Positions 1 to 11,757 of a stretch of DNA of 32,540 bases are shown one piece after another. Positions within the stretch are counted from its first letter, which is position 1; each line of letters starts with the position of its first letter. The position numbers were made by a program, and so were the translations under genes. The stretch lies in NCBI GenBank assembly GCA_032718475.1, contig JAUCBJ010002543.1:1-32540 (forward strand). Direction: 5' to 3'. Source of the DNA: Nemertoderma westbladi (taxonomy: Eukaryota; Animalia; Xenacoelomorpha). A model generated the notes under the pieces. That model saw only the letters and a program-made list of their open reading frames with translations. It made no database searches and was not told the origin of the DNA.

Positions 1-2
1 AA

Positions 3-1118
3 AATAATTCAAATGATTTTATTTCGAACGAACAAAATAATTCCGTTTCTAATATGGGTGCTATTAATGTGAACGTGTCGGATATACGCAACCCGGCAGA
101 CGGGGGCCTGGTAGGCCACGTAGTTAGTAGGCAGGAGGTGGTGGGGTTGAGTCAACCCGACGGCGGCCTGGTAGGCCACGTAATTAGTAGGCAGGAGGTG
201 GTGGGGTTGAATCAACCCGGAGTAGGCCCGGTAGGCCAAGTAGTAGTGGAGAGGGAGGCGGGGGCAAACGGGCCCAGCCGCAGTAGAAACATTGTGTTGA
301 CTGGAGAGGGGTGTAGAAAAGATGTAAGAGGTAGCGGCGTGATATGTGGCGAGTGGGGGGGGGGGGGGGGGGGGGGCTACGGGAACCCCACAGCAACAGG
401 TTAGCGGCGAGAGAGGGGGGGGGGGGCAGAGAGTGTCCCACAGGCGTCGGTGGATAATGCGTGGTCCGAATTAGGTAAACCGCAACACCCGGCGACGGAG
501 AGTAATAGGGGGATTGCGAGTATCCCCAGCGACGTGCGATCGAGCAGAGAGAGGCAGGTTGATGTCGCGAGAGGGCGGACGAAGCGTCAAGCCCGATCAG
601 AAGAGGGAAGAAGAACAGTGGAGTTTAACCGGGAGGTCGACGAGAGATCTCACAAGCGGGAATACTGCACTGGAGAGAGAAGAAGAGAAGAAGGTAGGAG
701 AAGTATCGCCGCGAACGATAGGAGAGCGAGGACGGATAGCAAGCCGTCGATAGTTGAGATGGAAACGGAGAGTTGGTGGGGTCGAACTTCGGGAGATTTC
801 CATCGCCCCGGAGAGGCGCGACCTGACGAGGCGCACTACGCGCCGATAGGGGGGTGCGCGATGTGCCGGCGCGAGGACGAGAGTAGTGGAGGGGGTCGAA
901 GAGAAACTTCCCGGCGGGATATAGCTACCGATCGAGAATACGGTAGCCGCGGGGAGGATTCTTCGAGAAGATTAAACTTTGATCCCGAGCGGCACATACA
1001 GACTGTGGGACATACTGTAGGCCTTACTGCACATACCGTAGGCCATGCTGGCAGAAATAATGGTAGCGCGGACGACGGGATTAAACCCGGAAATCGCGGA
1101 GTACATACCGGCAGGTAG
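3..1118 (+). pseudogene. Low-complexity N-terminal gag extension of element A (Gly/Arg/Glu-rich, broken near poly-G runs)
   Basis: The frame is open from position 3 (NNSNDFISNEQNNSVSNMGA...). ORFs 54-404 and 450-1118 run directly into the gag ORF at 1045. No conserved domain recognised. Confidence 0.45.
99..250 (+). repeat. 60-bp tandem repeat, about 2.5-3 copies (20-aa unit DGGLVGHVVSRQEVVGLSQP)
   Basis: Units start at 99, 159 and 219 and share ggtaggccacgta.ttagtaggcaggaggtggtggggttga.tcaaccc; the third copy is diverged. Confidence 0.9.
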
Positions 1119-2736
1119 GCCAGAAGCTGATAGGCCTATACCGGTTCCAGCACAAAAGTATGACTACAGCATGCAAGGATATAACATATACCCAGGGGAG
1201 GGGGGAATTATTGCGGATAGGTGCATGGGCCCCAATATATTAACATCAACCCCAGTACCAAGCATACCGTGGGGGGGGGGGGGGCAGGGTGACATTCCCC
1301 CATCACAATATCAACAATATACCCCGATAGGAGCAAGAACGACGAGACCCTTGGCTGAAAATAGATCATGCGACACGGAAATATGGAGGGGGCCGCTACC
1401 CCCAATGATATACCCAAGCCAGAGGAGGGCAGAAAATAGGACGGACAGACCGCACCCAACAGGAGAAACTATGCAACATCCATCAAACCCATTGGAAGCG
1501 CAGGCGATGGGAATGGCCACGTTAATCGATGCGCTAAAAACTAGAATCGAGCTACCACCCAAGGAACCATTCAAATTCGATGGGAGCAGGCCAGAAGAAT
1601 ATCTACAGTTTTGGCGCATGTATAGTAACGAAATACTAACAAAGAACTTGACGCAGGCGGAGTGCCTAAAATATCTGCAAGTATACACAGGAGGCCCAGC
1701 ATACAACATCGTGAGGCAATACCAGGGCATAGAGGGCGGCTTCACGGCGGCATGGCGGGCACTGGACAGGGAATATGGGCACCCGGCCAAGATCATCCGG
1801 CAAACCCTGAGAGGCATAACATCGGGTGGCCTACAGGATAATCCCGTTAGCATTAAGACATTCGCAAACAAGGTCGAGAAGGCGCTAATCGTGTTAAAGA
1901 CGCTAGACGCGCCATACGAACTCAACGCGTCTAACAACATCACTACGATAGCCCAGGCACTACCGATGTGGCTGCGCAATAAGTGGAGGAAAATCGCTTT
2001 CTCCACTCGAGATAGGAAGGGTGCGGAACCGGGTTTAGAAGAGATGTCAAGCTTCTTAAATTACGAAGCCGAATTAATAACAGACCCAGTCTATAGCGAG
2101 GATAGCCTGGGAAAGGGACCAAAGACCGAGTACAGTAGACCGAAACCAGAACACAACGCGTCGAACGCATTGCCGAAGCTCAGACAATCACTGCCGTTCG
2201 CAGCGACGCAGGGGACTGCTAGTCCGCAGGTGGCCGGGGGTGAGACCACGTCATGGAGTGGACAGAGGAAGAATAACAAAACAAATAAACGTAACCCCAG
2301 TACGCCCAGTAGGCCGAACCCAAACAATAAGAATAGTAGGGACTTAGGTACGAACGCAAGTGCGATATGTAGCGCACTGTATCTGGACGGCTACAAGCCA
2401 GAGAGCAAATGCCAATTGCACACAAGTGCACTTCATCAGACCATGAACTGCAGGTACTGGCAAGCGCTACCCAGTGAAGATCAGGTAGAATACGAGAGAA
2501 GAAATGAAATCTGTTCTCGGTGTGTGATGGGTGGACATAGGGCCGGTCAATGCGAGGAGACGCCGATTAAGTTCGGTCAAAGCAAAGGCCAAATGATGGC
2601 AATGAGCACCGTAGGGGCGAAGAAGAGAGGAACGGTACTACTTGGGGTAGTACCAGTGCGAGTAATTGGAGAAGGCAACCGATCAGTGACCACACTTATG
2701 CTGGTCGACAGTGGAGCTGAGCTGCCTTCACATTAG
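1045..2736 (+). CDS. gag: Bel/Pao Gag plus start of aspartic protease (element A)
   Basis: DUF1759-like PFKFDGSRPEEYLQFW...LKYLQVYTGGPAYNIV...AWRALDREYG; knuckles CQLHTSALHQTMNC and CSRCVMGGHRAGQC; protease motif LVDSGAE. A frameshift near 2730 separates it from the rest of pol. Confidence 0.9.
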   Translation: MLAEIMVARTTGLNPEIAEYIPAGRPEADRPIPVPAQKYDYSMQGYNIYPGEGGIIADRCMGPNILTSTPVPSIPWGGGGQGDIPPSQYQQYTPIGARTTRPLAENRSCDTEIWRGPLPPMIYPSQRRAENRTDRPHPTGETMQHPSNPLEAQAMGMATLIDALKTRIELPPKEPFKFDGSRPEEYLQFWRMYSNEILTKNLTQAECLKYLQVYTGGPAYNIVRQYQGIEGGFTAAWRALDREYGHPAKIIRQTLRGITSGGLQDNPVSIKTFANKVEKALIVLKTLDAPYELNASNNITTIAQALPMWLRNKWRKIAFSTRDRKGAEPGLEEMSSFLNYEAELITDPVYSEDSLGKGPKTEYSRPKPEHNASNALPKLRQSLPFAATQGTASPQVAGGETTSWSGQRKNNKTNKRNPSTPSRPNPNNKNSRDLGTNASAICSALYLDGYKPESKCQLHTSALHQTMNCRYWQALPSEDQVEYERRNEICSRCVMGGHRAGQCEETPIKFGQSKGQMMAMSTVGAKKRGTVLLGVVPVRVIGEGNRSVTTLMLVDSGAELPSH

Positions 2737-2747
2737 TCGAGAATTGG

Positions 2748-4310
2748 GTGGCCGAAGAGATAGGATTGAGGACAAGGCCAAGTAGAATGCCGGTAACAAC
2801 CATCTCCAGCAAAGATGAGATCCTGGAGATGAGGACCGGATGGTGCGCGATTGCAGCAGTGGCACCGGGATGCGACTACGGGGCGACCATCGACCCCATC
2901 CAAGTGATAGAGTCAATAAATATCAATGCCAGGCGGCCAACCAACATCGAGGTCGAAAAATATAAATTCCTGGATGATATCGACTTCTCAATCCCAGAGG
3001 TGGACGTTAGGAAGCTATCCATCATAGTAGGAATGGACTGCCCGACGGCCCACGAGAGAATGCAAATGGTCTTCGGCGAAGACAGACAGTGCGACCCGGT
3101 GGCGATTTTAACACCATTCGGGTGGACGCTGAGCGGCCCAATTAAAACCAAGATACCATTTAGGATGTCGGAGACATCAGGGTGCATGTTCACGGGAACT
3201 ATGCGAGAGATCGGAGATGAGGGAGCAGAGGATCAGCTCAGGAGACTGCTCAGGCACGATTTTGAGGGATTGAAAGAGACTGGGGTCGGAACCTCGGTAG
3301 AAGATAAACAGGCTTTACAAAGCGTAAAGGAATCGATGACATGCGACGAGGGGCGGTATACCATAGGGATAGTATGGAAACAGCCAAAATTACCGCTACC
3401 CAACAACAAAGGAATGGTACTCACAAGGCTTCGTAAGTTGAAGCAAATGCTAAAACGGAGCCCCGAAAAGAATGAGTACATTCATAAGACGATTAGGAAG
3501 TATGTCGAGAAAGGATGGGCCGTAGACTTACCAGTCGACGAACCGAGCACAGACAGGACCTATTACCTGCCACTCCACGTGGCTCTAGATCTGAAGAAAG
3601 GTAAACTGCGGATGGTAGTTGACGCGTCAGTCACGACCGACGGAAAATGTCTAAACGATTATCTGCTGGAGGGTCCCAATATCTATAACTCAGGGATCGA
3701 GGTCCTACTTGGATTCAGGAATGGGAAACACGCCTTCACCTGCGACATCGAATGCATGTTCAACCAAGTCCGTGTAACGGAAGAGGATAGCGACAGGCAG
3801 CGCTTCCTATGGAACAACGGCGACGAGGAACCGTCGACAATACCAATGTACAAGATGGTGGTACAGAATATGGGAGCCAAGTCGTCTTCATTTACGACGA
3901 CTGTGGCTGTAAGATATACAGTAGAAGGGAAAGAAGAGAGATACAGCGCCAAAGCCATCAATATGATTCGACGCAGCTTCTATGTAGACAACAGAATGGA
4001 GTCTGGAAACACGGTTAAAGAACTACTGGATACAGGGCGCGAGGTTCGCGACATCCTTAAAGGATCCAACTTTAACCTGACCAAGTTCCAATCCAGTTTG
4101 GAAGAATTTATCAAAGCCATAGAGGACAGGAGGCCAGAATCGACCATGGATATTCCCACAACAGCCAAGGGACAGGACATGGCGAACAAGAGGATAGAGT
4201 CCCAACAGAAGGCACTAGGGATCGTGTGGAACCGGGAGACAGATGAACTGAAGTACCAATTGAGCCAGGAGGGTGCAGACATCCACACAAAAAGGGGCTA
4301 TGTGTCGTAA
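2748..4310 (+). pseudogene. pol: Pol of element A: protease C-terminus and reverse transcriptase
   Basis: AILTPFGWTLSGP, YYLPLHVALDLKKGKLRMVVDAS, LNDYLLEGPN, FTCDIECMFNQV, FYVDN, FNLTKF, KALGIVWN. Premature TAA at 4308-4310, with in-frame IARIYNPL continuing. Confidence 0.92.
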
Positions 4311-5700
4311 ATAGCAAGGATATACAACCCCCTACGCCTAGCATCCCCATTACTAGTCACGGGGAAACAGATACTTAAGAAAGTATACAAACTAAAGGAG
4401 GAATGGGATACAGAGGTCCCGGAAGAGATCAGCAAGCAATGGAGTAAGTGGACAGAGAGTTTAGAACAGATGGGGACATACAGCATGCCAAGGCTGTATT
4501 TCCCGAAAGGGGACATGACGAATCTAGATCTACACATGTTCTCCGATGCGTCATTGGAGGCATACGGAGTGGCACTCTACCTAGTACAACGGGAGGGGGC
4601 TCATAAGCCCAGGCTTGCATTCAGTAAAGCGAAGTCAACGCCGCCAGATTCGGCATCGGTCCCAAAACTCGAGTTGACAGCTGCGAGGTTAGGAGTATGG
4701 GCCACAGCCTACTTGATGGATGCTATTCCCAACATTACAGGAAACACACTACAGGACAGACTCCATGGTAGTGCTTGGTTGGCTACACAATGAAAGGACG
4801 AGATACCCTATATTCGTCGCAAATAGGGTGGACGAAATAAGAGCAACGACGGAATTGGAAAGGTGGCACAACTGCCCAACGGACGAGAACCCAGCGGACT
4901 TGTTATCGAGGGGCATAGCACACCACACTTTCTTGAAGAAGGAAGTATTATGGCAGCACGGGCCGCAATTTCTAAACGATAAGGCAGCCTGGCCGCCGAT
5001 GAAAAAGGTGGACCCGGGCTCAGGGGAAGTAGCATTAGAGGAAGAGGGAGGAGATTCAGAGGGTGAAGAGATATATAGCCAGATGGTGAGGGAGATAAGG
5101 GACGTGCAACCAAAACTGGAAGATCTGTGTAATAACACGACGGACAAACTCTTTAGCTACAGCTCAAGTTGGTACAAGACCAAGAAGTTAGTGGCGTACT
5201 GGAGAGCCTTTGGGGATTTCCTCAAGGGAATCGGCAAAGACATAAAAAATAAACCAAACATCGATCTGGAGGGAGCGGCCAAGGCCATCATCCGCTACAA
5301 ACAGAGAAAGAATTACGGCGACGAGATGGAACGCGTCGGTAAAAAACAGCATCTCCGACGGGACAGTGAGCTGATCGCGCTGTCGCCACAACTCAATGAT
5401 GATGGAATCTTAGTAATGAACTCCAGGGTGTTGAACAACAACAGTATCATCATTCCACCAAAGCCCATCATCATCCCTAATGGATCACCGATAGTCAACC
5501 AGATCATCTGGGACTCCCACAAGTCGATATTGCACGGGGGCACCAAACGAACCCTCAAGGAGATACGAAGGACCTTTTGGGTCAAACAGTTAAGGAAGAA
5601 GGTAAAGGCGGTAGTGGGGCAGTGCCAGTCCTGCCGACAAACGAAGAAGGAGCGAGCCATACAGGAGATGGCGCCACTACGGGGGAGAAGTAAGAGGTAG
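4311..5700 (+). pseudogene. pol: Pol of element A: Pao-type RNase H and integrase zinc-binding domain, truncated before the DDE core
   Basis: LHMFSDASLEAYG, VPKLELTAA, (frameshift) YRTDSMVVLGWL, FVANRV, NPADLLSRG; HKSILHGG...CQSC. Similarity stops after QEMAPL at about 5680. Confidence 0.9.
5681..5689 (+). promoter_or_regulatory. Polypurine-tract-like motif immediately after the integrase break
   Basis: GGGGGAGAA resembles Bel/Pao PPTs, but no canonical TGT LTR start follows. Confidence 0.35.
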
Positions 5701-7344
5701 AGTGAGGGGCAGGGAGGTCCGGGAGTGAGGGTTGAGGAGGAGTTAGAGTCAGTTAGAGTGGAGAGAGTGTTGGGGAAACAAAAATTGTGTGAGATAAAGC
5801 TACGATTGGCCCGGCACGGGACACCAGATGTCTTGGTGCAAAATAGATAAAGTTGCACCAAGAAGGGGTAGCGATATCATACCCATAGGGAGCGGCCTGG
5901 AAAGCCGGCTCCGAAAAAAAATAACTCCACCCCACACCCAATAGTAGATCGGGCTCCAGCGAAATTGTAGCGCACTAGAGGTAGATGCTATCTTCTCACC
6001 CAGAAGATAGCATGGGGGTGAGTTTTAGCGAATTCAATTCCACTAACCACCCCATAAAGCTGGGAAAGCGGCGCCTTTAAGCAATATTGGGGAGTACGAG
6101 GTTGATTGCCAATCAACCTCGTATCACCCCCAATAAACGGGGACAACAAGCCCCAAAGGGCCGCACACAATGGGGGCAGAGGTTACACCTCCGGGAGAGG
6201 GAGAGTGAAAGTAGCGGGGGAAAACACTCCCAGAGAGATGGGAGGCAGGAATAAGGTTACTAGCCAATGGGGGGCAAGCATCCGCTGAGTAATATGGCCA
6301 ACCTAGTGCAGTATATTACCTATTGATGTTTCTCATTTGTTCAGTTAGCTTAGTCAGTTCAGTTAGGGCAGAACTGTAACTTTTATTACCGTCGCCGCCA
6401 CCATCACCAATTATATTACCGGTATCTGCATTATACATGCTTCAACTGTGCTTTGTGCTTTACTCTACTATATTTCATATATATTTCATACGTATCAGTT
6501 TATAATATCAGAACTCTTTCAATCTAACAACAAACTCTTTCACATGGCGGGGACGCGTAAATAAAACTACCGGTCGGGATTCTCGGATCCCGTCACAGGA
6601 TAATGATAGGGTTGGTGAACCTATTCATAACAGTGGTCATCGGCAAGGAGTCGAAGGCATTTCTACTGATGTGAGCACCAGTGAACCTCATTAGAGCCTT
6701 TAAGACTGCTCTAGAAGGTCTTGTAGACCACCCCGGGCAGAAGGGCGATTTCGTGTATTATAATACCCGACATCTGGTGGACAGAGAAGTAGACACACCA
6801 TAATAACGATGGAAGAAATATGATGCAGGCAGGGGGGGAGGAAAGGAAGCAAGAGGAGGCCGCTAGGAAAGAAAGGAGCGAGGCAGTAGGTAGAGAGGCA
6901 GAAGAAAGGGGTGGGGGGAATACGATTTTGAGGCCCAGGAAGGGTATGAGTTGAGATGGGGCTCAGAGGCCACGGGTGAGTTTCAGCTGGGGGATGAGAT
7001 AGAGTGGATGGAAGAAATGCCGATACAGTTGACATCTGGATTGCAGGGAATGCCAATACCTGGGGTGTCCGAGGGCGACTTTGGTAGGAATAGACTGAGA
7101 GTGGCGGAAGGGTGGAGAGATACGGGTAAGTAACTGGCTGGGAATGGACATGGTAAATCAACCGCAATCCCAGGTTTGGAACCACTCGTGGCAGAAAAAG
7201 TGGAGGGAGACGAGTTCGTGGAGATTCTGCCGATTCAGTGGATCAAGCGGGCAGACACGGACTGGATGGATGGGAGAGTGGTGAGAGCCAGAAACAGACA
7301 TACCTTCGGTTCGGACAGGGACTGAACAATGGGCGCCACCACAG

Positions 7345-7858
7345 GTGGTGTTTGTGGAGACGATGCCAAGGGAGGAAGAGGACATTGACATGGGCAGGGA
7401 GGATAAGGTTGAGATGTTCACATATCAGCGGCTCCACAGACCCAGGCGGCTGAATGGAGCCAAAGACAATTTTGGGCGGCAAACAGTGATAGACAGCTGT
7501 GACTTCTGTGGGGGGTTAACGCACCAGCAGAAGAACTGTCGTATCGCTACGAGAAAGGGGCGACATGTCTCTACTGCCACGGCTCTACCCATAGGATGTG
7601 CGCTGCACATGCCCGAAGCTGCACCATAGATGTAGCAAGTGCAGATTCAGGGGGCGTTTCGAGCGCCATTGTGACTGGATGGATGATGAGGATAAGTTCC
7701 GTATATACGAGGAAAGGGCTGACGTCGGTGTAATGACCAGACAGAGGATGAAGTCACAGGAGTTCCGGTGGGGGTTCTTCAACATCCTGAGGATCCCCCC
7801 CCCCCCCTCACGTTGTGGTGTGGTTTGGGAACAAGCAAGGAACCGCATATCCGACTAG
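7345..7858 (+). pseudogene. Frameshifted accessory ORF of element A with three CCHC-type zinc knuckles; may extend upstream to about 6544
   Basis: CDFCGGLTHQQKNC, then across frameshifts CLYCHGSTH...TCPKLHHRCSKCRFRG(R)FERHC, then YEERADVGVMTRQR...WGFF. Matches the pattern of the 12215-12715 minus-strand ORF. Confidence 0.65.
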
Positions 7859-7872
7859 AATGATGGTATCAA

Positions 7873-7930
7873 AGTTCTTTTTACATTTACAGTATATCGT
7901 TAAATAGTTCTTTTTACATTTACAGTATAT
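7873..7930 (+). repeat. 25-bp direct duplication
   Basis: agttctttttacatttacagtatat at 7873-7897 and 7906-7930. Confidence 0.85.
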
Positions 7931-10286
7931 TACTGGGAAGCTTACCGTTGCATTCTACACCATCGCCAGAATAGCCAGCATTACATTTACATGTGAATCC
8001 TCCAAGAGTATTTGTGCAGCTTGCGTTATTATGGCAATCATGAGTACCAATAGAACATTCATTAATATCTAAAGGATGAAAATATATTATACAGTTATAT
8101 CAAAAATTAATTTTACCAAATAGTCCAGTAAATCTAGCAAAAAAGAAGGGTTAACCCAAAACTAATTCGCAATTCATCCGAACCAAATTTTATTGATTCT
8201 ATATTATTTGCTAATATCACCAAAAAAGTCATAAAAATCAATTATGCGGATCACTCTGATCAATGTTTCTTTCCTTAGCTTTAGCGATATTACATATCAA
8301 CACAACAAGGTTCGTGAGATTTTCCCCAAATTTGTTTTTTCCCCAAACAAGTTTTTTCCCCAACAATTATTTTCCCCTAACAAGCTTTACTCCAATGACT
8401 ATCGATTAAATAAACTATGCACTTCTACATAGTTAACAATTTAGGTGCCAGTGAAACGGAAATTATTGTCTAATAACTGTTCTTTCTAAGAGACTATCTG
8501 ACAGTGTTTGCTTTGTGTCAGCCATGCTTTATTTTACAGTTGAATGCCTACTACTATAACGACAGTTAAAGTAAGTCTAGTAAGTCAGTATCAACTGTAT
8601 GTAAGCATAGTAATTATTTACTGATACTGTTACTTAGTGTAACGTGATATATATCATATATTAAAATACCGGTATACTTATAGTACAGTATATATATAAG
8701 TATTATTACAGACTAGGATTAGTCACAGAATACCGGTATATAATTTCAGCCTAAATTTATATAAATATATATAATAAGCCTACCTTAAATACCGGTAATG
8801 TCAATTATTTTATAATAACTGAATTTCTGAATTTTAGGGTGACTTCCCTTTTACTTGTTACTGTTATTAAGCAGTAGTCCAACTGATATTAAGACCTAAT
8901 TGGTGTATAACAGGCCTACTATTTTATAAATCTGTTTGAGTTGATTTATTATATATATATACCCGTACAATGGGTTTTGACAATGTTTGAAATAAATGTT
9001 ATTATTTCTGGGTAAAGAGTCACTACACAGAAGCTGCATGCTCTCAGTGGAGTGCTACTTGTTGGACACTAATACAAATTATTCTACTTTACTAAGTTAC
9101 TTATTACTACAAATTACTTACAATTACAGTGTGAGATTACAATCTCTAAATAAACACTAAAAAGATACACATACAATTTTTAGGGTAATTTTACAAGAAA
9201 TCTACAAACCAGTCTAGCAAGGAGTTAGAATTTCTGGTTATTACAAACTGACAGGAACTACGGTATTTGAAACAATAAAGCAGTAGTAAGTAAATTGTGT
9301 TGTCCAGATAAGAAAATACCACCGTCTGACGACTTATAGCCGTAGCGCTATAAGTACTACGTTATGTACCCGGAGTGTCCTTACCTAGAAGTTAATTACC
9401 ACAACCAACCAGAGCTAACGTGCCTATTAACCACTTTACAACACAAATATACTGCCTACACACAAAATTACTTTTGGAAAGCACTGTACGCTAAACCCTA
9501 AATTAGGTACAAGTACTTATAAAACAAATAACCAGCAGTTAAATATACTTGAACAGTCAAAAGAACCACGGTATCTGCTGGAGTGACCGGAGCACAAAAT
9601 CACCAGTCTTTACCTACGCCAAACAGCCCTGATGTAGTACCTGGATTAATTTAACTATTACGGTATGTATAACAAGCACAATTACTGTAGGAATGAACTT
9701 GGGGAGTTGGTGGTTGCGAATACTCGCATAAACTCTGTATAATAAATATTGCGCTACCCGTGCAGACTATACAAACAAAATACACACCAAATGCTGGCAG
9801 GCTACTGTCAAGCCTAAATAAACTACAGTATATGCAGACTCCAAAATGGTTAGTTAGTAGGCGTTCGAACCGAGTAGTACGACTTATTCTTTCGGGGATT
9901 TACCTTACAACACTGGATGCCCCCACCTTCCTAACTAGCACTTTATTGGACAGACACTCTACACACACTGCAATCGCTCCAGACCTAACAACAGTTAGAC
10001 AATAATCTGGCCTACAAATTATTTATACAATCTGAACAAGCTTACATGCCTTCTGCTCAATATTACACTTACAGATAAATAAAACTGACAGAAATAAGTA
10101 AAATCCCAATAAAAAACCAGGGCTGCAGTCCCTGATTAAATATCAAGACCTACCAGTATATAATTATCAAAATCGAATAATACTGTTGTACCTGTAAGTA
10201 CCGGTTCGGGTAGTTTGGGCAGTTAGGCCTACAGTTCACCGTCCGACCGGTACATATTACTTTATTGCCTACGGTGCAATAAAGAA

Positions 10287-10972
10287 CAAAATTCTGACAG
10301 TTAACTTTGAAAGTCCTCAGCAAGTCTCTGATCGGATGAGCATGAGCTCAAAGGATGGTATGCTTGAGCATGTGGACGACTTCTGTTACCTGGGATCATG
10401 GATCTGGAAGTCAGGTGTGGACCTTCAAATACGTAAGGGAAAGGCATGGGCAGCCTTGAATAGGCTTTCCAGCATTTGGAAGTCACCGAGAATTAATCGG
10501 AAACTTAAGGTCCGATTATTTAGAGCAGCAGTAGTTCCAGTACTCCTCTACAGGAGTCCATGCTGGGCTCTAACTGCTGAGGACACCAAATCTCTGGATG
10601 GCACATCCACAAGAATGCTACGCCGGGTTCATTGTGTTAAGTACAATGCATACATCTCCAACCAGACACTATATAACATTGGGGGTGTCTCATTGGTTCC
10701 CCCAAGCTTGACACTAGAACAAAATCGCCTCTGCTTTGCAGGACATTGCTTTCGCCGTGAGGACCAGCCAGTTCATAATCTTGTACTTTGGCAGCCTCAT
10801 GGAGTGAATAAGCATGGTGGACAGCCCATGACTTTCTTGAGACGCATCTTAAAGGACACTGGCCTTAAAGATGCGGATGATCTAGCAAATGTCATGGCGG
10901 TGCAATTTTGTTGACAAGCCGGCACAGCATTCCTAAAAATGCAGCTGCAATGCAGCATGCCGATCCTAGTAG
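10287..10972 (+). mobile_element. 5'-truncated non-LTR retrotransposon (RTE-like LINE) with 23-bp TSD
   Basis: attgcctacggtgcaataaagaa at 10264-10286 and 10973-10995; short tagtag 3' tail; encodes an RT C-terminal region. Confidence 0.85.
10336..10914 (+). pseudogene. C-terminal part of LINE ORF2 (RT thumb and downstream domain)
   Basis: VDDFCYLGSWI, RKGKAWAALNRLSSIWKS, KVRLFRAAVVPVLLY..CW, RMLRRV and RLCFAGHCFR are typical of RTE-group ORF2 C-termini. Confidence 0.88.
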
Positions 10973-11010
10973 ATTGCCTACGGTGCAATAAAGAAACTGA
11001 AATCTATTAC

Positions 11011-11749
11011 TGTTCGCGCTTTTAGACCTTTAGCAGTTTAACCCTCCAATTTTAGTTGTCTTCTTATTTATAAATCGACTTTAGCCTATATCGCTTATTT
11101 AATACACTGAAATTACATTAGCCAAAGCCAGTCTGTGCGCGATCATTCACCCACAGTTAAGGGAGACTGGATTCGGGCGCTTTGAAAGTTATTGCGGTGT
11201 AGACCTACTGTATTATTCGATTGATCGTTACTATATAATCTCTGACAATATATTTACTTTCGGGGAAATATTACCAGTTCCTTTAGGACGTGGCGCTTTA
11301 AGTATATAAACCAGAGTTATGACTTATACTAAACACAATGAGATGGCCACAGAGTTTCGTAAATAGCGCATTCTTTAGGAGATGCTTTATTATCCGTCAC
11401 ACTACTTTACACGACTTCACACTACTTCGCACTGATCTGCCGACCATCACTGAATTTGATCATATATAAGGAGGATAGCAACTGACACATGTAGGGATTA
11501 TGAAATAGGCAATTATGAAAATTTACATAGGCCCTTGTCCAACATAAGGTGAAAATCGCTCTGAATGGCTGAGCAGAACAAAGAGGTTCCATGTTTACAG
11601 TAAATCAGCTGACAGATTTCGTCATCTGAGCTCCAGTCTTTTAGAGTATTATGCGCATTGCGGCAAAAGTGACTTGTTATGTCCGCCAAAGCACCTACAC
11701 TGCGCATTGCGGGGAGAAATGACTTGTTATGTCCGCAAAAGCTTTTACT
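11011..11749 (-). repeat. 3' LTR (739 bp), same family as the solo LTR at 23753-24871
   Basis: The minus strand reads (A)GTAAAAGCTTTTGCGGAC...AAAAGCGCGAACA, matching the solo LTR ends TGTAAAAGCTTTTGCGGAC...AAAAGCACGAACA. The first base is T>A and a PPT precedes it. Confidence 0.88.
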
Positions 11750-11757
11750 CCACTCCC
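11750..11757 (-). promoter_or_regulatory. Polypurine tract preceding the 3' LTR
   Basis: Minus-strand GGGAGTGG directly abuts the LTR start. Confidence 0.7.

Larger units (their letters stand above)
1..7860 (+). mobile_element. Bel/Pao LTR retrotransposon A, decayed; 5' end outside the window, integrase core deleted, 3' LTR not identified
   Basis: Domain order gag (DUF1759-like, Zn knuckles), protease DSG, RT, Pao-type RNase H, integrase HHCC, then a downstream knuckle ORF. Interrupted by frameshifts and stops. The right boundary is placed at the switch from GC-rich to AT-rich sequence near 7860 and is approximate. Confidence 0.85.

Noticed and set aside
3978-3995. RT motif YVDN as an inactivating mutation
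   Set aside because: YVDN/YLDN variants occur commonly in Bel/Pao RTs; element C also has YLDN.
1208-5861. Multiple minus-strand ORFs such as 1311-2006 and 5313-5861
   Set aside because: Antisense to well-supported gag-pol with no motifs of their own.
9332-9355. Hairpin acttatagc-cgtagc-gctataagt as a Helitron end or terminator
   Set aside because: A 9-bp AT-rich stem can arise by chance, and no properly placed CTRR end or matching 5' end was found.
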